From Lepidodermella squamata (taxonomy: Eukaryota > Animalia > Gastrotricha): a DNA stretch of 64,000 bases. Positions 14,091 to 26,742 of the stretch are shown here, piece after piece. Below the pieces are notes generated by a model, which had not been told where the DNA came from, searched no databases, and saw only the letters and a program-made list of their open reading frames with translations. Position 1 is the stretch's first letter. Each line of letters begins with the position of its first letter. Made by a program: the position numbers and the translations under genes. The stretch covers positions 434,001-498,000 of the forward strand of contig JBLDXI010000001.1 of NCBI GenBank assembly GCA_047495785.1. Direction: 5' to 3'.

Positions 14091-15320
14091 ATGCTTGGCA
14101 GGAGGTTATTACTGGCGATCTTGTTTTCGGCTCATCTTTTGATCGTATCACACGGCTATGATGCATACGAGAATGGCGATGACTACGTAGCTGCTGGGTC
14201 GCAATCAACTGGTTGTATCGAAGAAGATTACATAACCCTCGAGGATGGGACCTTAGTTTCGGTTCCAGAGGGCAAAAAGTGTCCTTCCGGGTCGAAGTTA
14301 ACCACCAAAAAAATCACAAAGCGAACAACTACGCGCAAGAGTAAAGTTTCTATATATAAAATTGAAGATTTTTCATCTTTCGCCTTCATATAGCTACGAC
14401 AACTGGGAGACCTTCCAGCGACGTTGACACTGATCAAACGGGAATCAACTGCGGACGACCAGCTATCGAGCCGATAGAGAGTGATTTCCACGTTACCACT
14501 CCTAGTAATGACGCTGATCTTACTCGTATTGTTGGCGGAGAAGTGGCTCGTAGGCATTCATGGCCATGGCAGGTTTCAATACATTACGACGGCAGTCACG
14601 CCTGTGGAGGAAGTCTTGTGTCGCCTCGCCACATCGTTTCAGCAGCCCACTGTTTCATGAGCACGACCAATGCTAGCTACTACAAAATCTATGCTGGCAG
14701 GCACGATCGCGAAACTGGCGAGAGGGGGAGGCAACAACTGCTGAAGGTCGAGAGAATCACCATCCATTCCAAGTACAAAAAAGCGGCAAAATACGACTCA
14801 GACTTAGCGATTATCAAGCTGAAGGCGCCCGGTGCTAAGTTTACCAGATTTGTTTCACCCATTTGCCTGCCTCGAGGTGCTGATCACGACCCCGCGCCGG
14901 GCCAAAAATGTTATGTAACAGGTTTTGGCAAAACTCAGAATACGGGCGGTGATGGGTTATTGAAACAGGTTGCTGTGCCGGTTATAAAAAACGAAGACTG
15001 CAAGGCCATGAACGCCGATCTTCGAGTAAGATTCATCATGGAGGATTCGCGAATTAATTTCTTATTTTTTTTCAATAATTTTGTAGACCATGCTAACTGG
15101 CAATATGATTTGCGCGGGCTACAAAGAAGGCGGCCACGATTCGTGCCAAGGTGACTCTGGAGGTCCTTTTGTTTGCAAAATCGGAAATGGCGATAGATGG
15201 GTTTTATCTGGCGCGGTTTCGTTCGGAATCGGATGTGCTGGCAAATCCAGCCCTGGTGTTTACGTTAGACTTAGCAAATTTCTCGACCATTTGCGACAGG
15301 AGATTGACGATCTACCTTAA
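14091..15320 (+). CDS. Secreted trypsin-like serine protease 3 (no CUB domain)
   Basis: Signal peptide; small two-Cys N-terminal module and K/T-rich linker; NCGRP...TR-IVGG; SAAHC, DSDLA and GDSGGP. Confidence 0.92.
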
Positions 15321-16020
15321 AATGATTATTTCAATGTAAAAATCGACGTTTTTCAGCGTGATTTTGTTTCTTCTCGGCTCAATGTTTGATAATTCCTTTG
15401 GCTATCATCTAATGCTCGATCCCATGTTGAATCTGTGTTTTCCCTTTGCGCGAATAGTCGATGAATAAAATTAAAATAATGCAATATTACCTGACTTTTT
15501 TCCAAGATAACTTGAACAAACAAAAATGGTTCGGATTTCGGAAATTGGGCACGTTTATGACGTGTAGTTCTGGATTTCATCACAAGAAATCACAGAGTCA
15601 AGATTTCGATTGAAACTAAAAATTATAAACCAGCTGGAGGATCTTCGCACAAAATAAATCTGCGATTGAAGTAACACATTCAAAACGAAATGGTAGGTAT
15701 CTTCCTTCATTTCGCTCCAGTTTCGGACGCACTTGTTACCAGTGGAACATTGCCCTCTAACAAATGTCCCAAAGCAATTAGTTAGTCTATTTCACCTTCA
15801 TTCTTGATTGCTGCTGCCTTTTTCTGATCATTTCATATTACTCTCGCCAATTCACTAGAGCACTTGCAAGGCGGTCTTATGTAAACACTGGCGCCATATC
15901 GCGTGACCTTATTGAATCCGCAACGACGACCTGGGACAAATGGCGCCGTGGTGCAAACAAAAATCGACTCGGTTTTAAATAAATGCCACCAATTCTACTT
16001 AATTCTCAATAGGTGTCGCT

Positions 16021-18474
16021 ATGAAGCTGCTATTCATCTTCTCAGCCACATTAATATTAGCTCTCTACCAAGTCGAAGGTGATGTACCCAAGTCGAAAAT
16101 CGCATCAGGCGGTGTTAGCTTCAGGCGACCGAAATCCGGAAGTAATTCCGATAAATTAGATGAGAAGATACCCATCATAGCTGCTGATGAAGGACAATGC
16201 TTGAAACTGGTGATCAAAAGTAAGAATTATCTGTATAGTTACCATCTACTGCTGACTAATATTATGCTTGCTTGCTGAACTTTTTCAGGGATTGAAGTAA
16301 AACATAGCATAGGTTGCAGGAACGATTATTTCGCTGTTCACGACGGCGAATCGGATACGGCGCCACTGCTGTTCAGAATCTGCGACAATAAGACGGCCCC
16401 GTATGCATTCGCAACAACAGGCCGCAGCGCTTTTCTGCGCGTCAAAAGCAACTCGCCAACCAGCTTAAAGATAGAGTCGACTATAACTCCTGTTAATTGC
16501 ACGACTTCAATTGGTAAGTTATTAATTTTAAACTATGTATATGAAACTTCTCAATTAAATATACAGACAAACATCACGTGGAAAACTGCGGAAATCTTGG
16601 AGTACACCCGAAAGAAAATTGGGATAGTCTTACACCTGGATTCGAGGAATCAATTCGTCACAGCTGGCCTTGGCAGGTAAACTGACCCTAAAGTTTAACT
16701 TCAAGCAGAAATATAATTTTAATTATCAGATTCTGATCACATTTGACGGCAAACAAATCTGTAGTGGCAGTTTGGTGGCACGGCGTGTCGTTTTAACCTC
16801 AGCCTATTGCCTTCAGAATTATTCAAAATCAGCTGGATTCACGCGATTCGGTTTCATCGCAGGTCGCCAATCAAGGGATTCGCCCGACCCAGCATCAGAA
16901 CAGTTACTCCAGCCCGAGAACGTTGTCCTCACTGAAGATAAATCGCACAAAAATGCCGAGTGGAATCTGGCTCTGGTTGTGCTGAGATCACCCGGCGCTA
17001 TTTTGAACAAATATGTATCGCCGATTTGCCTCCCACCAGCCGACTACAAGCCCGTCACAGGATCGGTATGCTTCGCGACCGGGTTCAGTTTCAGCAACGC
17101 TAGTTCCCCTGCCCTATCCCAAGCTCCTCTGCCCATCCTTAGCCACTCGGATTGCTCGGCGATAGAACGCGCAGCTACAAGAACGCAACACCGTTCCTTG
17201 AACGACAAAATGCTATGCGCTGGCTTCGATGAGGCCGGGCACTTTTCTTGCATGGGCGACGCTGGAGGGCCACTGCTGTGCAAAGCACCAGGAGCCACGA
17301 AGCCTCACTGGGTCATTGCCGGCGTTGTAGTAAACCGGCCTCATTGCGAGAAGAAAGACTCACCGGCTTTTGCAACAGCTGTCAGCTCATACGTTGCATG
17401 GATTCGTAACAACATCCCGCAAGAAGAGTCAATAAAATCGCCCAAAGTCTATCAAAGCGGTAAAGTTTCTTTGCCCCACGCGTGTAAAATAGGAAAAAGT
17501 ATTCATTTTCATATCAGGTAAAATCAAGTGCGGCCGGGCCGAGTTTCCGCCGATAGAAGCTGGTCACCCAAGACGTCGCCGCGACAGCGATTATTCTGTT
17601 GATAGCAAAGATGATTACTATGACGGCAGCGTTACTCCAGGCTCAAGAATAGTCGGCGGTGAGCCTGCTCGGAATAACTCGTGGCCGTGGCAGATTTCGA
17701 TTCGTCGCGACACCGGCATGCACATCTGCGGTGGCAGCCTTATTTCACCTCGGCACATACTGACAGCGGCCCATTGTTTCACCGAGGCCATGCCGAAGCC
17801 TGCGCCTGAGAAGTACCAGTTTCAAGCTGGTCGGGTTACCAAGTACGGGAAAGACTCGACGATGCAGATGCTGGAGGCTGAAGAAATCATTCTTCACCCT
17901 GGTTATCGAAGCAGGAAAGCCGTCAATAATTATGACTCTGACATCGCAATTATTCGCCTGAAAGCACCAGGAGCGGCAATCAACCAGTATGTGTCACCCG
18001 TTTGCTTGCCGGCAAACACAGTGAGATTAGGCTCGGATGTAAAATGTTATGCGACTGGTTTCGGCGATACAAGAGGCTCAGGCAGCGACGAGGTGTTGAA
18101 GCAAGCTCATCTACCGATCATTTCAAACGCAGCTTGCAAGAAATGGGACCCCAAAATCGATGTATGACATTCAAATAATTTGTTTCGAACTCAGCGTTTC
18201 ATTTCCCTTCTTTATGTAGCCGATTCTCACAGGCCAAATGCTGTGCGCTGGTTGGATGGATGGACATGCCGACGCTTGTCAAGGCGATTCAGGTGGACCT
18301 CTGAGTTGCAAAATGGGCGGGAAAAAGCGAGACGCTTGGGTTCTCGCCGGAATAGTCTCGTTTGGATTCGACTGCGGCCAAAGGTCAAGCCCGGGCGTCT
18401 ATGCACGCGTCCCAGCTTTTCTCAAGTTCATCCATGAGCATGTGAATGATCTTTCCCTTGTTGAAAAACCGTAA
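16021..18474 (+). CDS. CUB + inactive trypsin domain + active trypsin domain (polyserase/ovochymase-like architecture)
   Basis: Signal peptide; CUB domain (CRNDYFAVHDG). Domain 1 has TSAYC, WNLAL and GDAGGP. An intron near 17460-17517 joins it in frame to domain 2, which has SR-IVGG, TAAHC, DSDIA and GDSGGP. Confidence 0.85.
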
Positions 18475-18623
18475 ACATTTGTGTGGGTATTCCGATACCT
18501 AGTTGTTGTTGATAAATAAAACTGCAACAGGTTAACAGGTGAAATTGTCTAATTTGCCGAAGCGAAGATTCTAGCGCCGATCAGTCAGCATAAAAATTAT
18601 CACAACTTAAATTTAAATGGATG

Positions 18624-19008
18624 TGGCTATGTGAACACAGGAATAATTTTAATCGGCATGACCCGGTGATTGTTGCTATACAAATTAAAAAAATTCAAAA
18701 ATTTATATTTTTTGCGTTTTTTCGCAACTTTTGAAAATTAATTAAAAATCAACGGTAACCGATGGTGATATGAATTTTTCGATACCAAATTTATGTCCAA
18801 ATTCGTAAAATTTGATTTATGCCGAGTTTGGAAAAATTTCCCAGGTACTTAGCCGGTTTCATTAGCCCAATGACGAAAAGTGTATCGCGCATTGGCTATT
18901 CGTACACGTGCGTGACATACAGCCGAATTTATGCGCGCACGGTGTTCAAATAGCCAATCACGCACATATTGCCATTGGGCGATACACAATCCTGTGTTCA
19001 CATAGCCA
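18624..19008. mobile_element. MITE-like element between convergent protease genes
   Basis: Perfect 19-bp inverted repeats TGGCTATGTGAACACAGGA / TCCTGTGTTCACATAGCCA; target-site duplication unclear. Confidence 0.65.
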
Positions 19009-19243
19009 TGACGAATTTGGATGATCGAAAATCACCATGGAGGTGTTATGCATATGATTCTGATCTGCATTCTGAAGTTTGACCTGCAGCTCGACTTCCG
19101 CATTAGCCGGGTCCTTTGTGGCTAGCTCAAATGCGTAGTAGTTTTCCATCAACAAATAATAATAAAAATGAGATCCACTTTGTTTATTATTTCCGAAAAG
19201 CAATGCGTTTCAATATTTTAAAAAGGGCAACGATCAACAATGT

Positions 19244-21297
19244 CTATCGATTAACACCAGCCCGACTTGATATTTGGTAGGCGATCCAGCGAGTATACAG
19301 CGAAACGCGAACATATACCCTAGAGAAAGCTTACAAAGCTATAACAACAATGCATTTTTATCAAGAAGTTGCTAACCCTGGTTTGTTTCTTTGAGCGCAA
19401 CCAATGCCGAAAGATACTACACCATGTAGCACGAACGTTTCAGGGTTCGTTGGCGTAGCCGGGCAAGAAAGTGGGCCACCGGAATCACCTGAAAGGAAAA
19501 AGCTCGCCTATCGAGATAAATTCTAATATAAGGGTCTTGCCTTGGCAAGAGTCGATGCCTCCATCTGAAAATGAGAAAATCTTCAACACGACAAACATTT
19601 ATGAAAGAATTCCACGAGGCATACGGTTCGGGTATAATTGCATCAATTTACCCGTAGTTTACATGTTTTTGCCTTATTTTAGGTTTTAGCTTACTTGCAT
19701 AGCCGGCACAGATCATTGGCTTTGCCAATAGTCTCTCCATCTGAGGATCCATGTCGCGGCAATCTTTGCTGTTGATGATCGGAACTACAGCCATTTTGAG
19801 CCAACCTTCGTCGCCGGTACCCTTTGTTTCACCAAACCCGGTAACCGAGCAATTTACACCGGGTTGCGGCGGTGGAGAAGCATCTTCAGGCAAACAGATC
19901 GGGTAGACGTAGCCCGACAACTTAACTGGCTCCCTAAGGTAGACCAGCGCAATATCTGACGAATGTCTTGAATGAAAATCTGTAAAGAAATCTCAAAGCT
20001 GTTGAAGATCAGGTAAAAAGCAGCAACTTACTGTAACAGGCATGAACAATGATTTCTTGAACGGCTAAAGGTCCAATTTCATGATTTTTGTCTTCCGAAT
20101 CACCAACGCGAAGCTTAGTTTTGCCCAAATAAACCTCCCAGTTATCAAGGCTTTGTTGAGATCTGAGGGAGATATTTTAAAACAACACTGATATAAGTGC
20201 TGTTTTTGCTTTGGAATAAAATAACATACTGAGTAAAGCAGTGAGCAGCGGTTACGATGAAACGCTCGTTGATAAGGCTGCCACCACACCTATGTTCGCC
20301 ATTGAAACGCAAACTGGCCTGCCACGGAAACTTACGAACCGACGTTCGATTACCGCCAACGACGCGACCCAGCTTTTTCAACGGATTGTTATTATAGATC
20401 GAATAGGTTTCTGGGTTTCCAACTGGCACAGTCAGAGGCACATAACCCTTAGTAACATCTGCATGGCCGAGTTTGATCAACTGTGAATTTCCTTGATTCA
20501 AGGTCCAATGTTTAGATTTTTTCGCAGCGGGCCTCACACCGCATTTTAAAACTGTCCATTTGAAAATAATGTAAGGATAGAACGGAATTCATCTTCCAAT
20601 CAGTTGATAAATGTACCAGAATGTTTTTCATCGGATGAGTCGAGTTCTCTGGAAATTTCGCCAGCCTCCGATTCGCGTCTTCTCCGCTTCCTCGCCGGCC
20701 ACTGTTCGTCCATCTTCGGGCATTCATTCGGGTCTAAATCTATACAAATGAGACGTAATAGGACAGTAAATGCTCGGAAAAATCAGGCAAACCATCTGAA
20801 ACATGTCCCAGGTTCATCGGTCGGGAAGTTGGGACATTTTGATTGCCGGTCACAAGCGTTCTCGGCCTTTTTTGTACCAGCGCATCGCTAATAACAAATC
20901 TGTTGCGAGGAGGGCTTGGCAGTGGCTTCGACGTCGACCTTCTTACTGTCGTTGTAGTAGACTGCGTCGTCCACAAGTTAGCGATTTCGGGCGGCTCTGT
21001 CTCAGCGAATGCATTTTTCCCGTCCGAAAAATCGTCGTTAATAATCGAATAATTCATTTCCGCGTAGTCACTTGATGGCCCGTCGGGTTCATAATCGCCT
21101 CTGTCTGCAGATTGAGCCTTCTGATCGGCAGCTTCGTAATCGCTTTGATCATCCTCACTAGAAGCGAAGACACTCGGGCTCGCGTTCACTGTCTTGTCAT
21201 CGTTGTAATAATCGTCTTCGTATTCGTCACAATTCGCGATGGCAGCTATACTTATAAGCAACAAGGCTGCAATACCCGGCAAATGCCAATAGATCAT
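19244..21297 (-). CDS. Secreted trypsin-like serine protease 5 with long acidic N-terminal prodomain
   Basis: Signal peptide [21 protein letters not shown]; acidic Tyr-rich region; KCGVRP; R-VVGG; TAAHC, SSDIA; GGIDSCQ on a micro-exon; GDSGGP; ends AGVNR*. Confidence 0.88.
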
Positions 21298-21961
21298 GGT
21301 CCAATTTGCCCACGTCGCGTTCTCGAAATCTACCGTAAATGTTGAAATAATAGCCTATTTCCTAATAGCAGAAGCTAGTCACACTATTAGTAGTAGCCCA
21401 ATTCGGAGGGTATAATGAAGCACGAAAATTCCAATAGTCAGGATTTTTCAAATTTCCAAGGCCGAGCTGCTATTCTAAATTTACGCCACTATTTGTTTAA
21501 GACACCTATTGGTAGTTGATGGCCAAATTTGAGCACGTGCCTTGAAGTGAGGCAGCATGTTTCTCATCCCACGAACGAACCTTCGTCGCATGGACATCAA
21601 ATTTTAAGGTTATAAAGTCGGAAGTTATATTAGATCGAATGCAAGCGAGCTCTGTTTAATGCAGCAAGGCGTCGCATCATGAAAAAATGATAGCAAGAGT
21701 TTTGAACTGAAGAATCTACCTTCTAATAGGAAAAGCATTGAAGTGATCTCATCCAAAGTTAACCGAGAAGATGCTTTATTAATACGGGCATTCAACAGCA
21801 AAATTGGAAGCTAGAATCCTGGATTTTCATGGGCGCACCCGAAGTGAATTGGTGTCGTATTTTGCCAATAATAATATGAACAAAAGACCCAACAATAAGA
21901 TTTGAGATCCATCAAATTGTACTTGCAATAGCAAGCGTTGGCGATCATGAACAAAATTCTG

Positions 21962-23936
21962 TCAAATGACGTCAGCCCGACTTGCTATTTGATAAGCGAT
22001 CCAGCGCGTATACAGCGAAACGCGAACATAAACCCTGGAACAAACTGTCAAAATTACTAAAAGTGAATGCTTGTGTTGGATGTTTCTAACCCAGGTTTGT
22101 TCATCTGGGCGCATCCGATGCCAAAAGATACTACACCTTGCAGCACAAAGGTCTCCGGGTTCGTCGGAGTAGCCGGGCAAGATAGCGGGCCACCGGAATC
22201 CCCTGACAAAAAGAGGAGCACAAATAAATGATCGTGTTGCTTGAAATATTTATCGGCTGACCTTGGCACGAGTCGATGCCACCATCTAAGAACAAGCGCG
22301 AAACAAGAATATTTTATCCAATTTTGCATTCGAATGTTTTACCTGCATAGCCGGCACACATCATTGCGTTTCCCAAGAGCGTTTTCATCTGAGGATCCAT
22401 CACGCGGCAATCTTTGCTGTCGATGATCGGAACTACGGCCATTTTGAGCCAACCTTCGTCGCCGGTACCCTTTGTTTCACCAAACCCGGTAACCGAGCAA
22501 TTTACACCGGGTTGCGGCGGTGGAGAAGCATCTTCAGGCAAACAGATCGGGTAGACGTAGTCCGAAAACTCGACTGGTTCTTTGAGGTAGATAAGTGCGA
22601 TATCGGAAGAATGCCTTGAATGGTAATCTTTAAAAAGAAGTTACTGCGGTTCATGTGCCAAAGTTTCCGGCAGAAACTTACTGTAGCAAGCGTGAACAAT
22701 GATTTCTTGTAATTCCAAGGGGCCTATTTCTTTTCCTTCGTCGTACAAATCGCCGATGCGAAGCTTGGTTTTACCTAAATAAGCCTCCCACCTGTTTAGG
22801 CTTCGAGAACTTGATGGGGATAATAATGCGCTTATTTTTGTTTAATTTCTTTGTATTAATGCGAATAACATACTGAGTAAAGCAGTGAGCAGCGGTTACG
22901 ATGAAACGCTCGTTGATAAGGCTGCCACCGCACCTATGTTCGCCATTGAAACGCAAACTAACCTGCCATGGGAAATTTCGAGCTGAAGTCCTTTTACCGC
23001 CAACAACCTTGCCAGTAATGTTTGCGCTGCTAGGTACTAACGCTGGCGGTCGGTATCGTGCATTATGGTAGATCGAGGAAGTGCTTGATTTGCCCACTGG
23101 GACCGTCAGCGATTCATAACCGCTATCGATATCGGCGTAGCCAATTTGCACTACTTCCGAATTCTGCTTTCGTCGATTCGCGATAAAATTTTTTGGATTT
23201 TTACTTCTAGCAGGCCTTATGCCACATTTCAATACTAATGGAATTGGTTAATTTTATTCTTTAGTGAACGATAACGATAGACTTACTCAGCTTATTTTCA
23301 CCAAATGATGAAGCTTCCCCTCGCATATTCACGCCCTGTGAATCTGGTCTGTTATTCTCCCGCGCTGGCCACTGCGCATCCATCTTCGGGCAGTCATTCG
23401 AGTCGAAATCTTAGGAAGAATATAACACTGAAGTCAGAAACAAATGCGAATATTAATGTCAAACCCTCCGAGCCATATACCATTGGTCGAGAAGTTGACG
23501 TTGTCTGGCGGCTTGTTGTTAACAACGTTCTCGGCCTTTTATAAGTTGATAAATGCCGAATTGCATTCGGAAGTGGCGTAACTGGTTTCTTCACCTGGGT
23601 CTTGAACCGCGTCGCCCACATTTCAGCAATATCAGGCGGCTCGGTTTCAGCAAATATGTTATTCGATACAGAAAAATCATCCTCAATGGCATCGACAAAT
23701 GTTTCCAGGTAGTCACTTGGTGTCGTGGTTTCCATGTTGTAGTCACCTGACGACGTGTAGTTGTTATCATAATAGTTGTATTCGTATGATTCGTCCTCAG
23801 ATTGAGCGGTATTACGGCTGTTGCTCGCCTGCGTCACGGTGTCTTCGGGGAAATAGTCTTCGGTTGAGTAATCGTGCCCTTCCGCCTTGAGAATCATCAG
23901 TAATACTATAACCGCCGCCAAATGCCGATAAAGCAT
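21962..23936 (-). CDS. Secreted trypsin-like serine protease 6 (tandem paralog of protease 5)
   Basis: Signal peptide [20 protein letters not shown]; same prodomain motifs (FAETEPP, KRPRTL, CPKMD); K-VVGG; TAAHC, SSDIA and GDSGGP; same exon structure as protease 5. Confidence 0.88.
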
Positions 23937-24409
23937 GTCGGCGGCCTATTTCGCACTTATTAAATCGGTTGTGATTATGACCAGTTCTAATAGGAATACG
24001 CTAAAATAAATTGCGTAGTCTTAATCCTGTAAATCGTAGCCAAAATGTAAAGTGTCACCTGTGCGCGCACTATGTAAACAAAACCTGCGAAATGTAACCA
24101 CAAAAGTGAAACTGTAGTCAGGTGCGTTAAAATGGGGCCCTAAATCAATAATTCGCGCGGTAGCCCTATTTCTTTGAGTCCGTGCCCATTTGAATAGCCC
24201 GCTGCATTTTTTGAGAGCCTATGTCGCACCGAAAGCTAAAAACAGCTGGCCTGAGGCTGTCATATGACTTTTTCTGGTAAATTGTTTGCAACTTTTTCTC
24301 GGCTTTCCTGTGACCTGGCCGTGAATTTTCATGATCGTTTAACCAGAATGAGGAAAACCTGCAGCTTGAGGTACTGGACTGCGGCTTTGTTCACTCAATT
24401 TGGCATTTA

Positions 24410-24695
24410 TTGGTCGATGTTTAGAGACATATTAAGTGATATCGGCATTTTTAGAGATATAGTAAGTGATATCGGCCCCATCTCTGTCTGTTGTCTTCAG
24501 GTCTAAGATGTCGGACCCGATTGTACCCGAACCGACCCGGACCAAACCCGATTCAAGGACAACCCCGCTTCACATTCATTTAAAAATCGGGTGTTTTGCA
24601 ATAATGACCTTGCGTCAGCTGTTGTTTTTCAAATGACTGTGAAGACAGAGATAGGGCCGAATTCGCTTGCTACGTCTCTCATCATCGACTAATGA
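24410..24695. mobile_element. Degenerate MITE-like inverted-repeat element with an internal 30-bp tandem duplication
   Basis: GTCGATG..AGAGAC..ATCGGCCCCATCTCTGTCT is mirrored imperfectly by AGACAGAGATAGGGCCGA..GTCTCT..CATCGAC. TTAGAGAyATAkTAAGTGATATCGGC occurs twice at 24421-24476. Confidence 0.5.
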
Positions 24696-25523
24696 CCTCA
24701 AAAAAGTGACAGGAACCATAAAAATCCGCCAGGCCGACAATGATAGTAATAGAAATACTATTCTTGACTTATTTTCATTTTTGATTTGTGATATAGGCCA
24801 TCCTGGCTAAAAAGGTTTCGTATTTTTCTGGTTCAATATTCGCTTCAAAATGAGCTGATGACACAAAAACTTTTAGGTGGGCAATAATCGTTAATCCTGT
24901 CCGGCTTACAATAGTCCTCAATCCTGCAGACATCCGTCCAACGAGCGCTAATCCACACTCGCACACATGGTTTTGAAATGTGCGTGTCCACTCCCAGCGA
25001 TCATTATTGTGTACAAACAACACACGAGCGCGCAGCTGGTGACGTTCGCGGAAGAGAAAACTAGCTTCCTTGATCTCTTGATCTGCTTTATTATTACCCT
25101 TGGAGAATCACTAAACACTAAATTGCTAACCCAATGACCAATGACGTAAAATTATTTAGGACAAGGAGAAAAAGATCTCAAAAATGTTACTAATATTCCT
25201 GAAAAGGGATAGAATTGTTTATTGACATGATAGCCCTAGCCGTTATTAGACAGAATTTTCCCCTATCCGTGAGACGATGATGAAAATACGATGATGAAAA
25301 CACATCTGCCGGCCAACGTTCAATAAGGCGAGACCAGTTCGAATTCGTCATTTTTCCTGCAAGCGTCGCGTGCGGGCATGTTTTAGAGCGGCCTGAGGAG
25401 TGGTAAATCCCCGCTACCCCGCTCGAACGCGCTCGCTCCGAGATTTTTTAACCCGGCCAGGCCCTTCAAAGGAGTCCAACAAGCAGACCCGGCCCGTGGT
25501 CACCGTACCCGGCCCGGTCCGGC

Positions 25524-25572
25524 ACGGCCAAACTAGGCGCTATCATAGGTAGATAGCGCCTAGTTTGGCCGT
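25524..25572. repeat. Perfect 21-bp inverted repeat with a 7-nt loop
   Basis: ACGGCCAAACTAGGCGCTATC-ATAGGTA-GATAGCGCCTAGTTTGGCCGT. Confidence 0.9.
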
Positions 25573-26742
25573 CATCCGAAACCCCTTGTCTTTTTGCCCC
25601 TTTTCCGTTAGTTTCTGTTGGCTAGGGTTTAGTTTACGATTTCTCTGAAAAAGTTGACAATTTCATGGGCGCGCATAGGAATACCTTGCAGCCTTGATTT
25701 CTATATAAAAATTAAGGTAATAATAAGAATGAGACAGTATTACGGTATTTGGTCGCACCTCTTGGTGGCTATGGGACAGAAAGAATGCTCGGAATGCCGA
25801 GCCGAAAGCGATGAAACAGAGGTAACGTAATCACGCGTGAAGTGAGGCCTTCTGAAATAACTCTCTGGATGTGTAAACCTGAGATTAATTCTTCTGAACA
25901 ATGTTATCTTAAAGCTGATATAATTACGACGAGGTCAGGTGAACAAGCACCAGATGATGCTTAAGCAATGAAAGATGTCGTATTCCGTCCTAAATTTAAT
26001 AAAATTATTTCTATGGTTGAAACAAATCACGAATTATTAACAATTCTCTGCAGTCAACTTCTCAGATTTTTCAAATTTCGGATGTTATCTCGACAAAGCA
26101 AAATCGAAAATGAACGCCTAAAATGGCTCATTGGCGCTCGAGAGGTGAATCTTGAGATAATCGGTACAGCAGGTGCGAGCGTAGCGAGCTTAAAATTTTG
26201 AATTTAGAAAGGTATTTTGGTCATTTGCAACGGTGAAAATGAGAGAATTGGCAACCTTCATACATTTGTATCAGTACATGCAGTACACCTGCAATTTCCG
26301 TGAGCCTTGTAAACCCCATAGCCCATAAAAAAATTGGTTTTGACAATCTCAGGATCCCTATCAGGCAAGGGCCCCTGGGCACGTGCCTCATGTGCCCATG
26401 CGCTAAAACGGCCCTGTGCCCAGGTCTCATTTTTTGTTAAATTTCGAGTTGAAGTTGGAAAAATGATTTATGGAGTTCTCAAACGCTGGAGACAGCTGTT
26501 CGCCGTGAAAGAACTTTGCGCTTCAGCAGCTTTAATTTTTAGATGCCATCCCAAACAAAAGGTGAACCAAGCCGGTAGATATTCAATTATTCCTGAACCT
26601 TCAATGCACTTCATCGAAAAATGAACGTTTGACAATGTATTTTTGACAATTTCGAAATACAATAGACATATTTCAACATTCTCGTTTATTAAAAAGATCA
26701 ATATCGAATAGAAATTAAAAGCTTATATCACAGGAATCGAGT

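Noticed and set aside
24421-24476. Direct repeat as a possible CRISPR array
   Set aside because: Only two adjacent copies, no spacers, and a eukaryotic context.
24775-25023. 82-aa ORF with VSSAHFE, reminiscent of the THAP CSxHF motif
   Set aside because: It lacks the required Cys ligands and has a non-ATG start; at most a decayed fragment.
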